A stretch of DNA of 64,000 nucleotides from a virus. Lineage: Duplodnaviria > Caudoviricetes. The position numbers and the translations under genes are program-made. Below, one piece after another: positions 1-9,031 of the stretch (positions are counted from its first letter, which is position 1; each line of letters opens with the position of its first letter). A model generated the notes under the pieces. It ran no database searches, had not been told where the DNA came from, and worked only from the letters and a program-made list of their open reading frames with translations. Location of the stretch: IMG/VR virus record IMGVR_UViG_3300031857_000007. The stretch is one strand, 5' to 3'.

Positions 1-464
1 CCATCGAAATGGAGAAGAAGCATAGCGTAATGAATGACTTTCATCAAATCGCGCTTATTACGTCCATCCTTATCACCATAACGACTGCCATACTTAAGGA
101 TATTTGCTTGACAAAAATGTGTTGCCAGATCCTTCGCTGCCATCAGGTCGATAGTTTGCGTATTCTTATACGCTTCATTATGTCCACAATAATGACTACC
201 ATACGTGCTAGTCACATAATCCTGAATATCTTTCAGAATTTTATCCTCATTATATTTCCAAAGGTGGTTTTTAGTTTCGCTCATGTTCACAGGATTTTTT
301 GTTAGATTAAGCATTCCAGTCTCTTCATTTAGAGACATAGTAAATTGATTATAGGGAAGATTACGATCCCTATCATAATATTCTGGAGTGTGTTCTACCA
401 TCTCGGGATTAGAAGTTTTTGCATGATTAATTCCAAAGTTATTGGAATAAGGATACTCGTCCAT
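1..464 (-). CDS. DUF3310-like (T7 gp1.7 nucleotide-kinase-like) protein, 3'-truncated by the window edge
   Basis: Not in the ORF track. My translation from ATG at 464 (alternative ATG at 284) is open to base 1: ...WKYNEDKILKDIQDYVTSTYGSHY...FCQANILKYGSRYGDKDGRNKRDLMKVIHYAMLLLHFD. The N-x-x-K-Y-x-x-R...D-L-x-K-x-x-x-Y pattern is typical of DUF3310. Confidence 0.7.
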   Translation of the reverse strand, partial: MDEYPYSNNFGINHAKTSNPEMVEHTPEYYDRDRNLPYNQFTMSLNEETGMLNLTKNPVNMSETKNHLWKYNEDKILKDIQDYVTSTYGSHYCGHNEAYKNTQTIDLMAAKDLATHFCQANILKYGSRYGDKDGRNKRDLMKVIHYAMLLLHFD

Positions 465-467
465 AAT

Positions 468-497
468 AAAAAGGGGAAGTCATAATTAACCTTCCCC
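468..497 (-). terminator. Rho-independent terminator downstream of cobS
   Basis: Minus strand reads GGGGAAG-N11-CTTCCCC followed by TTTTT. Confidence 0.65.
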
Positions 498-498
498 A

Positions 499-527
499 AT
501 TATATCAGAAAGAGGTAGGTTGGTCAA
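499..527 (-). promoter_or_regulatory. Sigma70-like promoter for the DUF3310-like gene, inside the 3' end of cobS
   Basis: Minus strand TTGACC-N17-TATAAT, with TGA immediately before the -10 (extended -10). Confidence 0.7.
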
Positions 528-1626
528 CGTATTCTACAGTCAGTTCGGGACTAGTAGAAGGCATTTGGAAGTCGGCATCCACTTTATCGTAAAGTTCAAG
601 GAATGCTTGCTTGGTTTCGTCGTCAAATCGGTTCACACACACTTGGATTGCCTTTGCTTTGTCAGCAAAAATACTGTAAGCGCGAATGATATGCACAAGG
701 CGGCGAGTGCTAATGATTTCCTCAATACCACCGTCATAGAAGGTCTTACGAATAATGTCTGCCCAGTCCACCAGGCGCTTGCAGAAGTCACGATCCTCCA
801 CGCCAAGGTCCAGAGCGACACCCTCAAGGATCTTCTGCTCAGTTGCTGGAGAAGGATAGGACTGCTCAAAGGTCACAGGGAACCGCTCAAGGAATGCTTC
901 GTTGAGGACATTGGTTCCGATAAAGCGTCCGTCATCACTACCCTTTCCCTTAGTGTTAGCAGTAGCAACCACATTGAAACCAGCAGAAGGACTGACATAT
1001 TTACCAATCTTTTTAAGGAATACACCTTTACCTTCAAGTACAGATTGAAGACAAAGGATTTTGTTAGAGGCAAGGTCAATTTCGTCAAGAAGGAGAATTG
1101 CTCCTCGCTCTAGTGCTTCAATCACTGGACCATTATGCCACACAGTCTCGCCGTTGACGAGACGGAACCCACCAATCAGGTCATCCTCATCAGTTTCAAT
1201 AGTAATGTTTACACGGATCAGTTCACGTTTCAGTTGAGCACAAACTTGCTCAACACTGAACGTTTTACCGTTACCCGAAAGACCCGTAATGAACGTAGGA
1301 TAAAAAAGACGGGACTGAATAATTTTTTTAATATCGTTAAAATTACCAAACTTGACGAAGGTATCATCTTTAGTAGGAATAAGACTCTGTTCTACAGTAG
1401 GGAGGACGGCAGGAGCTTGATAAGAACGTTCGATTTCTTCCACTTTTTGTTGGGTTACTTCAAGATTCCATTTACCACGAGAAGTTTTAAAATTATCAAT
1501 TTTCTTAGTTACAGTCTGATAGTTTGCATCATTCATATTACACCAAGCACGAATATCTGCACTAGTAACATTATTTCCATAAAGTGCTTGGAGAGAAGTG
1601 CGAATGTAATCAGAGGAAAGAGACAT
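505..1626 (-). CDS. cobS: MoxR-type AAA+ ATPase (cyanophage CobS-like)
   Basis: Walker A GLSGNGKT, Walker B LLLDEID, IETDEDDLIGGF, sensor ATANTKG and Arg finger AFLERF; position downstream of gp46 as in T4-like cyanophages. Confidence 0.9.
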   Translation of the reverse strand: MSLSSDYIRTSLQALYGNNVTSADIRAWCNMNDANYQTVTKKIDNFKTSRGKWNLEVTQQKVEEIERSYQAPAVLPTVEQSLIPTKDDTFVKFGNFNDIKKIIQSRLFYPTFITGLSGNGKTFSVEQVCAQLKRELIRVNITIETDEDDLIGGFRLVNGETVWHNGPVIEALERGAILLLDEIDLASNKILCLQSVLEGKGVFLKKIGKYVSPSAGFNVVATANTKGKGSDDGRFIGTNVLNEAFLERFPVTFEQSYPSPATEQKILEGVALDLGVEDRDFCKRLVDWADIIRKTFYDGGIEEIISTRRLVHIIRAYSIFADKAKAIQVCVNRFDDETKQAFLELYDKVDADFQMPSTSPELTVEYVDQPTSF

Positions 1627-1651
1627 TGATTTGTTTTGTTTTGACTCTGTT

Positions 1652-1706
1652 ATTATAGGGCAAAAAGGGGGGATCTAAACCCCCCAGTGGTCAGTTCGCC
1701 AACTGG
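1652..1706 (-). promoter_or_regulatory. Early/middle promoter motif upstream of cobS: two inverted repeats plus a -10 box
   Basis: Minus strand CCAGTT-GGCG-AACTG-ACCACT, then GGGGGG-TTTAGAT-CCCCCC, a T-tract and TATAAT. Confidence 0.65.
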
Positions 1707-1876
1707 TTCCTCAGTTGATCCAAGTACTCCTGTGTAGCAATTCTCCCAACATATCCTGGATAATACTTTTTAACCAATGCGGGAATGCCCATAGCAGTTA
1801 TGCTACTAGAGCATTTAACCCACACTTCTTTAGTATCGTATTTTAATACGTGTTCAAATGGAAATTTTTGTTTCAT
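1691..1876 (-). CDS. Small conserved hypothetical protein (61 aa)
   Basis: ATGA-coupled to the upstream gene and fills the gap before cobS. Confidence 0.75.
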   Translation of the reverse strand: MKQKFPFEHVLKYDTKEVWVKCSSSITAMGIPALVKKYYPGYVGRIATQEYLDQLRNQLAN

Positions 1877-4062
1877 GCCACCAAAGAAATAAATTCACCA
1901 AGAACTTTCTTATTTAGTTTTTTGGTCTTAAAAGATTTAACAAAAGCAGATTTGATTTGAGATTTTGTAGCAGATTCTGCAACTTCAAATTCACTATCTT
2001 GAGATAGTGCATTTGCAGAGATTCCAAAGTAAGCATCATATCCAGAATTTGTAATAGTAAAACTCTTCAGTTTCTTCCAGTCATTCTGGATTTTTTCATA
2101 TTGCTTATCCAGTTGAGAGTGATAAAGACTAATAAAACGATTAGCAGAACCAGCTCCAAGAACCCGAATACCAATAAAATTAGTAGAGGAAAACTTATCC
2201 TTTAAATTTTTGAGAAGAGTATCAGTAAAAGTATGGTACCCATAATCAATTTGATATGTAGTTCCAAGCTTACGATCTCGAAGAAAAGTGCTATGGGGAT
2301 TTACATACCCACTACCAAGATAAGGAGTTTTTTCCCAATCACGCTTTACTTCTCTATGATAAGTAAGTTGATTTGCCTCACCATCAGTCAGGACAATGCA
2401 CTGAACTTTTTGCAGTTTATTTTCCTTCTGAAACTTAGGGAGAATTTGGTGAAGAGAAATCAATGCCTCATTCAATGGAGTGCCAGAAAGACACATGCGA
2501 TTGGGATAAGTATAATGAGAATGATATTGCCGTGCGAAACAATATGCAAGACGCCAAATATTGAGAAGTTGGTGCTCCATTTCTTTACCAGAAACTTTGC
2601 TAGTAAGAATATTCATCATAGAAAAAGTTTCATCTACGATTAAGAGACTTTCTTTCTTTTCATAATGAGGAGTTCTATCAGCTGCAACATAACGATCTTT
2701 CTCGTAATCATACTCACCACGACGCCATTCATTAGTGAAAGCATACACTTCAAAGGGAATGGAAACTTTCTTACAGAACCAAACAAGATTGAAGAGTTGC
2801 TTGCAAGTATCAAGCATTACTTCTGCCATAGAACCACTCCAATCCAATACAAATACCAGACCATGATTCTTTCCATCGGGAATCACAGAAACTTTTTTGA
2901 ACAAGTCTTCATTGTATTTGTAAGTGTGGAGACGAGCAGTATCGAGAACACCAGTGCGAGCAGTTGATGCGCGAGCATACTGATCTGCTGCCTTACGGCA
3001 CTCAAACTCTTTTACAAGATAATTGACTTCCTTTTGAGCGGAAGATTTGAACTTGCGAAACTCAATATCAGATTCATTATAAAGATTTGTTGGAATAATT
3101 TTTTTCTCAACAGCCCACTCATTGTGGAGTTTTTGCTGGTGATTAAATGAATTATCAATATCCTTATGAACCTCAGAATTTTTACCAATAACAGTATCCA
3201 GATTGAGTTGAGGAACTTCTACATAAGTATTCTCATATACATCATTTCCAACAAGATCACGAATTTTTTCTTCCAATGAATCTGCAGTACGAACTTCTGG
3301 TTCACTTTCTTCACCAGAAGATTTTACTTGAGTTTGGTCTCCCTGAGCAGTTCCACCGTAGGACCCATCATCCTGTTTAGGTTGTGAGTTATCACTCTCC
3401 CCATCTTGCTCAGAAGAAGAGTCATTAGTTTCTACAATCTCATTGGAAGGAGACTGGGAATTTCCTTGCTGCTCATGAGAATCAAAGTCAGCAACTTTTT
3501 GCTGCTGTTCTTTTTCTTTTTTACAATAATTATAAAGTGTCTCTGCAGCAATCAGAACATCAGCAAAAGTTTCTGTATCGGCAATTAGATTGATAATCTC
3601 AGTCTCTTCACCACGTTCAATTGGCACATACGTATAGTTGCCAATTTTGAACCACAAGTTCACACGATCTGCAAGATTGAACTTGGAAATATCTTCTTCT
3701 TTGATCTGGAAGAAATCCTCATCATTTAGTTCTTTATATCCATTGTAGAAGGTCTTTGCAAGTCCAGCATACTTGCGCTTCATTAGTTTCTCAATGCGAG
3801 CATCCTCAACAACATTGACAAACTGCTGAGGGACTTTCACTTTCTCCAACCAGTCTTCATCTGGAGTAAAAAGAGCATGTCCAACTTCATGTCCCACTAG
3901 AAGGTCATACACAAGACCACTTGCTTTCTCCCACAAGGGAAGAGTCAGAACACGAGTATGAACATTGAAGCAAGCAGTAGAAACTTTTTTGTGCTCAACT
4001 ACTAGATCTTCAGTAGCAAGTAGTTTTGCAAGTTGAGACTTGATTTCGTGGCGAACAGGCAT
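1873..4062 (-). CDS. Metallopeptidase-like N-terminal domain plus vWA domain protein (CobT-like partner of the AAA+ ATPase)
   Basis: HEVGH (HExxH) and NVVEDARIE at the N-terminus, an acidic linker, then vWA MIDAS elements VLDWSGSM, SGTPLN and IVLTDGE. Confidence 0.85.
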   Translation of the reverse strand: MPVRHEIKSQLAKLLATEDLVVEHKKVSTACFNVHTRVLTLPLWEKASGLVYDLLVGHEVGHALFTPDEDWLEKVKVPQQFVNVVEDARIEKLMKRKYAGLAKTFYNGYKELNDEDFFQIKEEDISKFNLADRVNLWFKIGNYTYVPIERGEETEIINLIADTETFADVLIAAETLYNYCKKEKEQQQKVADFDSHEQQGNSQSPSNEIVETNDSSSEQDGESDNSQPKQDDGSYGGTAQGDQTQVKSSGEESEPEVRTADSLEEKIRDLVGNDVYENTYVEVPQLNLDTVIGKNSEVHKDIDNSFNHQQKLHNEWAVEKKIIPTNLYNESDIEFRKFKSSAQKEVNYLVKEFECRKAADQYARASTARTGVLDTARLHTYKYNEDLFKKVSVIPDGKNHGLVFVLDWSGSMAEVMLDTCKQLFNLVWFCKKVSIPFEVYAFTNEWRRGEYDYEKDRYVAADRTPHYEKKESLLIVDETFSMMNILTSKVSGKEMEHQLLNIWRLAYCFARQYHSHYTYPNRMCLSGTPLNEALISLHQILPKFQKENKLQKVQCIVLTDGEANQLTYHREVKRDWEKTPYLGSGYVNPHSTFLRDRKLGTTYQIDYGYHTFTDTLLKNLKDKFSSTNFIGIRVLGAGSANRFISLYHSQLDKQYEKIQNDWKKLKSFTITNSGYDAYFGISANALSQDSEFEVAESATKSQIKSAFVKSFKTKKLNKKVLGEFISLVA

Positions 4063-4231
4063 CAGTTTTGTTTCGTATGGACCTACAATAAAACGAAAGG
4101 TCGCCTTTTGGGCGACCCATGTGACGCTTTTTGAACTGGGCGAGTCGTGCTTTCGCTTGCCTCAGTGCTTGCGGTTTAAGTTTTCGTTTCTGTTCTTTCT
4201 TGGAGTGATGCTGCCAATTTGGAGTGTTCAT
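4010..4231 (-). CDS. Small basic hypothetical protein
   Basis: Lys/Arg-rich N-terminus (PNWQHHSKKEQKRKLKPQALRQAK) starts right after the ugd stop; the 3' part overlaps a promoter motif and the next gene. Confidence 0.55.
   Translation of the reverse strand: MNTPNWQHHSKKEQKRKLKPQALRQAKARLAQFKKRHMGRPKGDLSFYCRSIRNKTDACSPRNQVSTCKTTCY
4085..4139 (-). promoter_or_regulatory. Second copy of the inverted-repeat promoter motif, upstream of the vWA/peptidase gene
   Basis: Minus strand CCAGTT-CAAA-AAGCG-TCACAT, then GGTCGCC-CAAAA-GGCGACC, a T-tract and TATTGT; same 55-bp span as 1652-1706. Confidence 0.6.
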
Positions 4232-5020
4232 TTAAGTAACAGGCCAGTCTATGACCTGACGAATCTGCTGATTGTAGGACCATACCGATTTTAGCATACT
4301 GGCGTCAAGACCGACCGATTCCATTTGAATTATGAGGGAATTAAGATCTTTAGGAAAACAGGTTCCTCCAAAACCTCTATCTCCGTCAATACCAGGAACC
4401 TTAGAATGAGATTTACCTATCCTACTATCGGAAATAACACCACCACAAACAACGTCATAATTCATACCATGCTTTTCACAAAAATCATACATTTTATTAA
4501 AATATGCCACTTTAAGCGACAAAAAGGTATTAGAAAAATACTTAATAGATTCACTTTCGTCGGAAGTTGTTATGATACTTGGAATATGTGGAAATAGACT
4601 TTCAAATAATTTTACAAAATTTTCACACAATTCTTTTTTGCCCCCAACAATATTTCTTTCGGAATTTTTAAAATCTTCTACAGCATTTCTTGCAGTTAAA
4701 AATTCTGGATTATGGATAACATTATATTTTTGCGAATATTTTTTAGTTGTTCCAACAGGAACTGTAGATTTTACAATAAATGTACTCTCAATATTTTTTG
4801 GTAGGCAATTAAAAAAATTATCTAATATTGAAAGATCACACTCTCCCGTAGATTTCATAGGAGTTGGCAAACAAACAAAAATAAAATTTTGCTCTAAAAC
4901 TTCATCAAGAGTGTTTGGGGATTTGCGAATATCAATATCGTATACTTTACAGGAAACTTTATCCTTCAAATTTTGATATACTGCGTTACCAACAAACCCA
5001 TTTCCAATAATTCCGATCAT
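4232..5020 (-). CDS. ugd: UDP-glucose/GDP-mannose 6-dehydrogenase, short form (262 aa)
   Basis: Rossmann motif IGIIGNGFVG, FVCLPTP, IVKSTVPVGTT, HNPEFL, IKYFSNTFL and catalytic GFGGTCFPKD. Confidence 0.88.
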   Translation of the reverse strand: MIGIIGNGFVGNAVYQNLKDKVSCKVYDIDIRKSPNTLDEVLEQNFIFVCLPTPMKSTGECDLSILDNFFNCLPKNIESTFIVKSTVPVGTTKKYSQKYNVIHNPEFLTARNAVEDFKNSERNIVGGKKELCENFVKLFESLFPHIPSIITTSDESESIKYFSNTFLSLKVAYFNKMYDFCEKHGMNYDVVCGGVISDSRIGKSHSKVPGIDGDRGFGGTCFPKDLNSLIIQMESVGLDASMLKSVWSYNQQIRQVIDWPVT

Positions 5021-6729
5021 ACAACCATCCTACTAAATCCTTTAATTTTCTCAAACTTTATTACACTTTCAAATTTGTCCTCAAGTCCTGTCTTGTGAGA
5101 AATAACAAAAATATTTGCGTCTTTAATAACGTAACGAATAATCTTAAGGAACTCCTCAGTCCCAAATCCATCAAGTGAAGAATCAAAAACCTCATCCATA
5201 ATCAGAAGATTTGTATTAACAGAATTCTTCATTCTTGCAACTTCTCTCCATGTGAAAAGAAGTGCTAGGTCAATTCTCATTTTTTCTCCTTCACTAAAAG
5301 AAGCATATGAGAAATCTTCATGAATAGGAGACTGAACGGTTTCGTTAAATTCCTCATCAAGAGTAAAGTTAATATAAAAGTCCATCATTTGCAAATAGCG
5401 ATTAACTTGCTGATTGATGAGTGGCAAATACTTCTTAATGATTTTGGATTTTACTCCACCGTCTTTAAGTAGACTATACGAAAAATCGTAATAGTTAATT
5501 GCGTCTTTTTTAGAAGAGAGTTCGTCGTATGTAGTTTTTAAATTGTCTTTGAAGGATTCTAACTTCTCATGTTCAGAATTTCTGTTTGCAAGGTTCTCGG
5601 TAAGAACTTGAATTTCTTGTTCAAGATTTCTGATTTGCTTTCGCAATCCATTAATCTTAATATTGTTTTGAGAAATGCCATTCGTTAAGTTTAAAATCTC
5701 CTTCGATAGAGTATTAAATTGACGCTCTCTCTCTTCTTCCTCTTTAATTGCCTCCTCTAGTTCTTTATAACCAGATTGCAACTCTTTTGCTTTATCTTGA
5801 GCGTCCTTAATTCTATTTATTCTGAAGGTCTCCTCAATAGACTGTGTACAAGTAGGGCATACCGTATTTTCGGTGAAGAACTTATGCTCTTTAGTAATAG
5901 TAGATACTTTTTGCGATATCTTACCTTTTAGATTTCCCAACTTACGGAGTTTATCTGTAGCACCTACATAATCTTCAAGTTCTTTTTGTAGAGTACACAA
6001 TCCATCTTCTACTACAGCATTATCGACCATATAAACACCAACTTCCCTATCAAGATTGGCAATCTTCTCTTTATTAGCGTTTATATTGGCATTACCACGA
6101 TTTTCCAACTCTTCAATAAAGTCTTCTTGCATTTTAACTTTATCATTAAGAGATTCTTTTTTAAGTTCAAGAGTTTTAATTTCTTCCTTAATAGATCGGA
6201 TCTTTTCTTTAATCACAAGATTCATAGAAGAAAAAATCTTAATATCTAAAAGATCCTCAATCACTTCACGGCGGTGAGATGCTGGAAGTTGCATAAAGGG
6301 AACAAAAGTACTTGACCCCAAAATAACAATTTGGGTAAAGGACTTGTAGTTCATTTTAAGAACATTTTGCTCCAACCACTTCTGCTGATCCAAAGCAGCG
6401 GCAGATTGATCCAGCAAAAGGTCGTCTCTATAAACTTCAAAAATATTTGGTTTGATTCCTCTTACAACTTTCCAAGAAATATTTCCAATATCAAACTCAA
6501 CCTCTACTCTACAATCTTTATCATTTGTAGAATTGATAAGTTGTGGTTTATTAATTTTGCGAAATGGTTTTCCAAACAAAGAAAAAGTAAGTGCATCAAG
6601 AACGGTGCTTTTTCCTGCTCCATTAGATCCAATTATTAAATTTGTTGAGTTTTTGGTAAAATCAATTTTGGTAAATTGATTTCCTGTACTCAAAAAATTC
6701 TGCCACTTGATAGTTTTAAAAATAATCAT
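5017..6729 (-). CDS. gp46: Recombination endonuclease subunit gp46 (Rad50/SbcC-like ATPase)
   Basis: GSNGAGKST, zinc hook CPTC, signature FSEGEK, Walker B LLIMDEVFD, long coiled coil. Confidence 0.97.
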   Translation of the reverse strand: MIIFKTIKWQNFLSTGNQFTKIDFTKNSTNLIIGSNGAGKSTVLDALTFSLFGKPFRKINKPQLINSTNDKDCRVEVEFDIGNISWKVVRGIKPNIFEVYRDDLLLDQSAAALDQQKWLEQNVLKMNYKSFTQIVILGSSTFVPFMQLPASHRREVIEDLLDIKIFSSMNLVIKEKIRSIKEEIKTLELKKESLNDKVKMQEDFIEELENRGNANINANKEKIANLDREVGVYMVDNAVVEDGLCTLQKELEDYVGATDKLRKLGNLKGKISQKVSTITKEHKFFTENTVCPTCTQSIEETFRINRIKDAQDKAKELQSGYKELEEAIKEEEERERQFNTLSKEILNLTNGISQNNIKINGLRKQIRNLEQEIQVLTENLANRNSEHEKLESFKDNLKTTYDELSSKKDAINYYDFSYSLLKDGGVKSKIIKKYLPLINQQVNRYLQMMDFYINFTLDEEFNETVQSPIHEDFSYASFSEGEKMRIDLALLFTWREVARMKNSVNTNLLIMDEVFDSSLDGFGTEEFLKIIRYVIKDANIFVISHKTGLEDKFESVIKFEKIKGFSRMVV

Positions 6730-7001
6730 TTAATTTCTGGAGGAATCACAATATCATTTGGAGTAATAATCGTATAATGACAATCATTCATTTCACATGT
6801 TTTTATTATTAGTTCGTCATCAACTTCAATAACATGCATTTCTGGATAATCTTTTTGTTCCAACATAATAGCATATCTAACGGCATCGTCTTCTTCTTCA
6901 AAGAGATATAGAACATGATCTCCATTCTCATTAGATACAGAATAAGCGCCTTCAGATTCTTTGCCGTTAACAGTTAATATATACATATCATACCATTTCA
7001 C
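6726..7001 (-). CDS. Conserved hypothetical protein between gp47 and gp46
   Basis: Overlaps both neighbours; acidic 91-aa protein in the usual cyanophage position. Confidence 0.75.
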   Translation of the reverse strand: MKWYDMYILTVNGKESEGAYSVSNENGDHVLYLFEEEDDAVRYAIMLEQKDYPEMHVIEVDDELIIKTCEMNDCHYTIITPNDIVIPPEIK

Positions 7002-8028
7002 ATGCCTCTTGATATATTTCTTGTATCATTTGTTTAATTACAAATTTATCAAGAGAAATTTCTGCCTCCTCAATATATCTATTCAATATAGTAATAGTAT
7101 CTTCACTTTCAGTTATTTCAAACTCCTGTGGATCTTGTATATCAAAATTTTCAATTACTTTAAGTTCTGCAATATTGGAGGCATATAATTTGTCAATGAA
7201 CTTTTCAAACTTTTTAGTATTTGATTTTTTTCTAACTATTACCTTTACAATTTTATTTTCATATTCACGACTATCAAACGTTTGATAGTCGTTATCCTCA
7301 TAATATATGTTATAAAATAACCGGAAAGGATTATTGATTGGTTCGTGTGTTATTGTTTCTGTGTCAAAAATATGAAATCCTCTTGTATCTCCAACATCAG
7401 TCCAAAACATTTCGTAAGGATTTCCTAGATAGAAGACTGTTCCATTATCCGATCTAGTGTGATAGTGTCCCGAGTAGACACTCTGGAACTTACCAAATAG
7501 TTTGCTCTCCAAACCGTGCTCCATTGTGATTTGTCGATTAACTCTAAATCCTTGGAGTTCAAGGTGCCCCATCGCACACGGGCAAGTTGTCTTTTGAATA
7601 AGTTTGAGAGTGCGTTCTTCATTTTCTTGATTAATCCATGGTATAAAAAGTGTAGGCAACTGACCCAACATTACTTCAGTTGGTTCAGAATAAACGGTTA
7701 CGTTATCATATTCACGCAGAAGAAGATCGACCGCATTTACCTGATTTGTGTTCTTGTAATATGCAGTATGGTTTCCTACGATTGTATGAACTTTTACCCC
7801 CATTTCTTGTAGACGGTCGTAGTAATTATTCTTAGCCCAAGATAAAGCGGAGAAATCGATTCCTTTACGACTATCAAAAGTATCTCCCATATCTACAACA
7901 GTGGTAATCCCTTGCTCTTCGAGTGTAGGGAAAAATACATCATTGTAGAACTTTAAGAAATAATCATGAAAGAGTTTGGAATTCTTTCGTGCTCCAAAGT
8001 GTTGGTCTGTAATAATTGCTACTTTCAT
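6988..8028 (-). CDS. gp47: Recombination endonuclease subunit gp47 (Mre11/SbcD-like)
   Basis: Phosphoesterase motifs ITDQHFG, MGDTFD, IVGNH, MGHLE, SGHYH. Confidence 0.97.
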   Translation of the reverse strand: MKVAIITDQHFGARKNSKLFHDYFLKFYNDVFFPTLEEQGITTVVDMGDTFDSRKGIDFSALSWAKNNYYDRLQEMGVKVHTIVGNHTAYYKNTNQVNAVDLLLREYDNVTVYSEPTEVMLGQLPTLFIPWINQENEERTLKLIQKTTCPCAMGHLELQGFRVNRQITMEHGLESKLFGKFQSVYSGHYHTRSDNGTVFYLGNPYEMFWTDVGDTRGFHIFDTETITHEPINNPFRLFYNIYYEDNDYQTFDSREYENKIVKVIVRKKSNTKKFEKFIDKLYASNIAELKVIENFDIQDPQEFEITESEDTITILNRYIEEAEISLDKFVIKQMIQEIYQEACEMV

Positions 8029-8523
8029 TCAATAACGAAGTTTGGAGTGTACAGCGTCTTTGATAGAATTATAATCGCTATAGTTGGATCCGTCAATAGT
8101 GTTGTCTTCGAATACTTCCGAATATCCTGTTCTTTCTAAAATTTTATTTTTAATTTCTAATTGACGCTTTTCTCTTTGGATTCTACGCAGGAAAGCAAAA
8201 TGAATAATTTGCGTGAAATATGCAAAGGGATTTTGTGATTTCTCTGGATTAAAGTTATGAATATACTGAACACAATTTTCAATGCCGTCACAAATCATGT
8301 CGTCTTTAAACATATAATTTACAAAATTTGGTTTAAAAGACAAGTGTGTTGCAATTTTCAAAAAGCATTCACCAAGATAATTGCTAATTCTTGGTTTTGG
8401 CAATCCTTTTAATTCTGCTATGGCAACCTTTTCTCGGTGCTCAATAAGGGCTGCCAAAAACTCTTTATTATTGACATAATGCTCAGACCTTTTTCTTTTT
8501 GTCATTACAGTCGTCGTTATCAT
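8029..8523 (-). CDS. gp55: Late-transcription sigma factor gp55
   Basis: HYVNNKEF...FVNYMFKDDMICDGIENC...NPFAYFTQIIHFAFLRRI. Confidence 0.95.
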   Translation of the reverse strand: MITTTVMTKRKRSEHYVNNKEFLAALIEHREKVAIAELKGLPKPRISNYLGECFLKIATHLSFKPNFVNYMFKDDMICDGIENCVQYIHNFNPEKSQNPFAYFTQIIHFAFLRRIQREKRQLEIKNKILERTGYSEVFEDNTIDGSNYSDYNSIKDAVHSKLRY

Positions 8524-8549
8524 TAGTTTTTCTCATTAATTATGTAGAT

Positions 8550-8578
8550 ATTATAACATTTAGAAAAATGCTTGACAA
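8550..8578 (-). promoter_or_regulatory. Sigma70-like promoter for gp55
   Basis: Minus strand TTGTCA-N17-TATAAT with an extended -10 (TGT-TATAAT). Confidence 0.8.
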
Positions 8579-8601
8579 GACCCCCGTAAACTGGATATAA
8601 T
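8572..8601 (+). promoter_or_regulatory. Consensus sigma70 promoter pointing antisense into the upstream operon
   Basis: Plus strand TTGACA (8572-8577)-N18-TATAAT (8596-8601). Confidence 0.65.
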
Positions 8602-8629
8602 AACCTTTGTCTGGGTTAATAAGTTAATA

Positions 8630-9031
8630 TTAGCTATTTCTATAAAGCTTCTCTAATATTTCTTTAGCATCATTAACACTAGAAATATATCCCATTTTTT
8701 TGCTAATATTTGTTTTCCTATCTTTTTTAGACGATCCGTTTTGAGATTCTCTTACATAGGATTGGTACATTATTATTATTTCAATATCTGAAGATTCGGA
8801 TATTGTTAGAACATCATCAAAGTTGATAATATACATATCTTCTTTACTTGTTTTAATCCATGGTTCTACTTTATATCCACCAAATCCAAATCTTGTTGTA
8901 ACTTCTGTAATTACAATCGGATTTGATAGGATCAGTAGAGTTCTATCTTCCTCTTCACTTGCAGCAACTTTTGCGAATATTTCTTCCCCAGACTTTAATT
9001 TAATTGTTGCATAAAAATCTTCTTCTATCAT
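8630..9031 (-). CDS. Conserved hypothetical protein (often labelled 'methylamine utilization protein' in cyanophages)
   Basis: EDFYATIKLKSGEEIFAKV N-terminus; conserved position between uvsW and gp55. Confidence 0.75.
   Translation of the reverse strand: MIEEDFYATIKLKSGEEIFAKVAASEEEDRTLLILSNPIVITEVTTRFGFGGYKVEPWIKTSKEDMYIINFDDVLTISESSDIEIIIMYQSYVRESQNGSSKKDRKTNISKKMGYISSVNDAKEILEKLYRNS

Noticed and set aside
505-1626. cobS as evidence of cobalamin biosynthesis
   Set aside because: No cobN or other cob genes here; the MoxR/vWA pairing explains the similarity.
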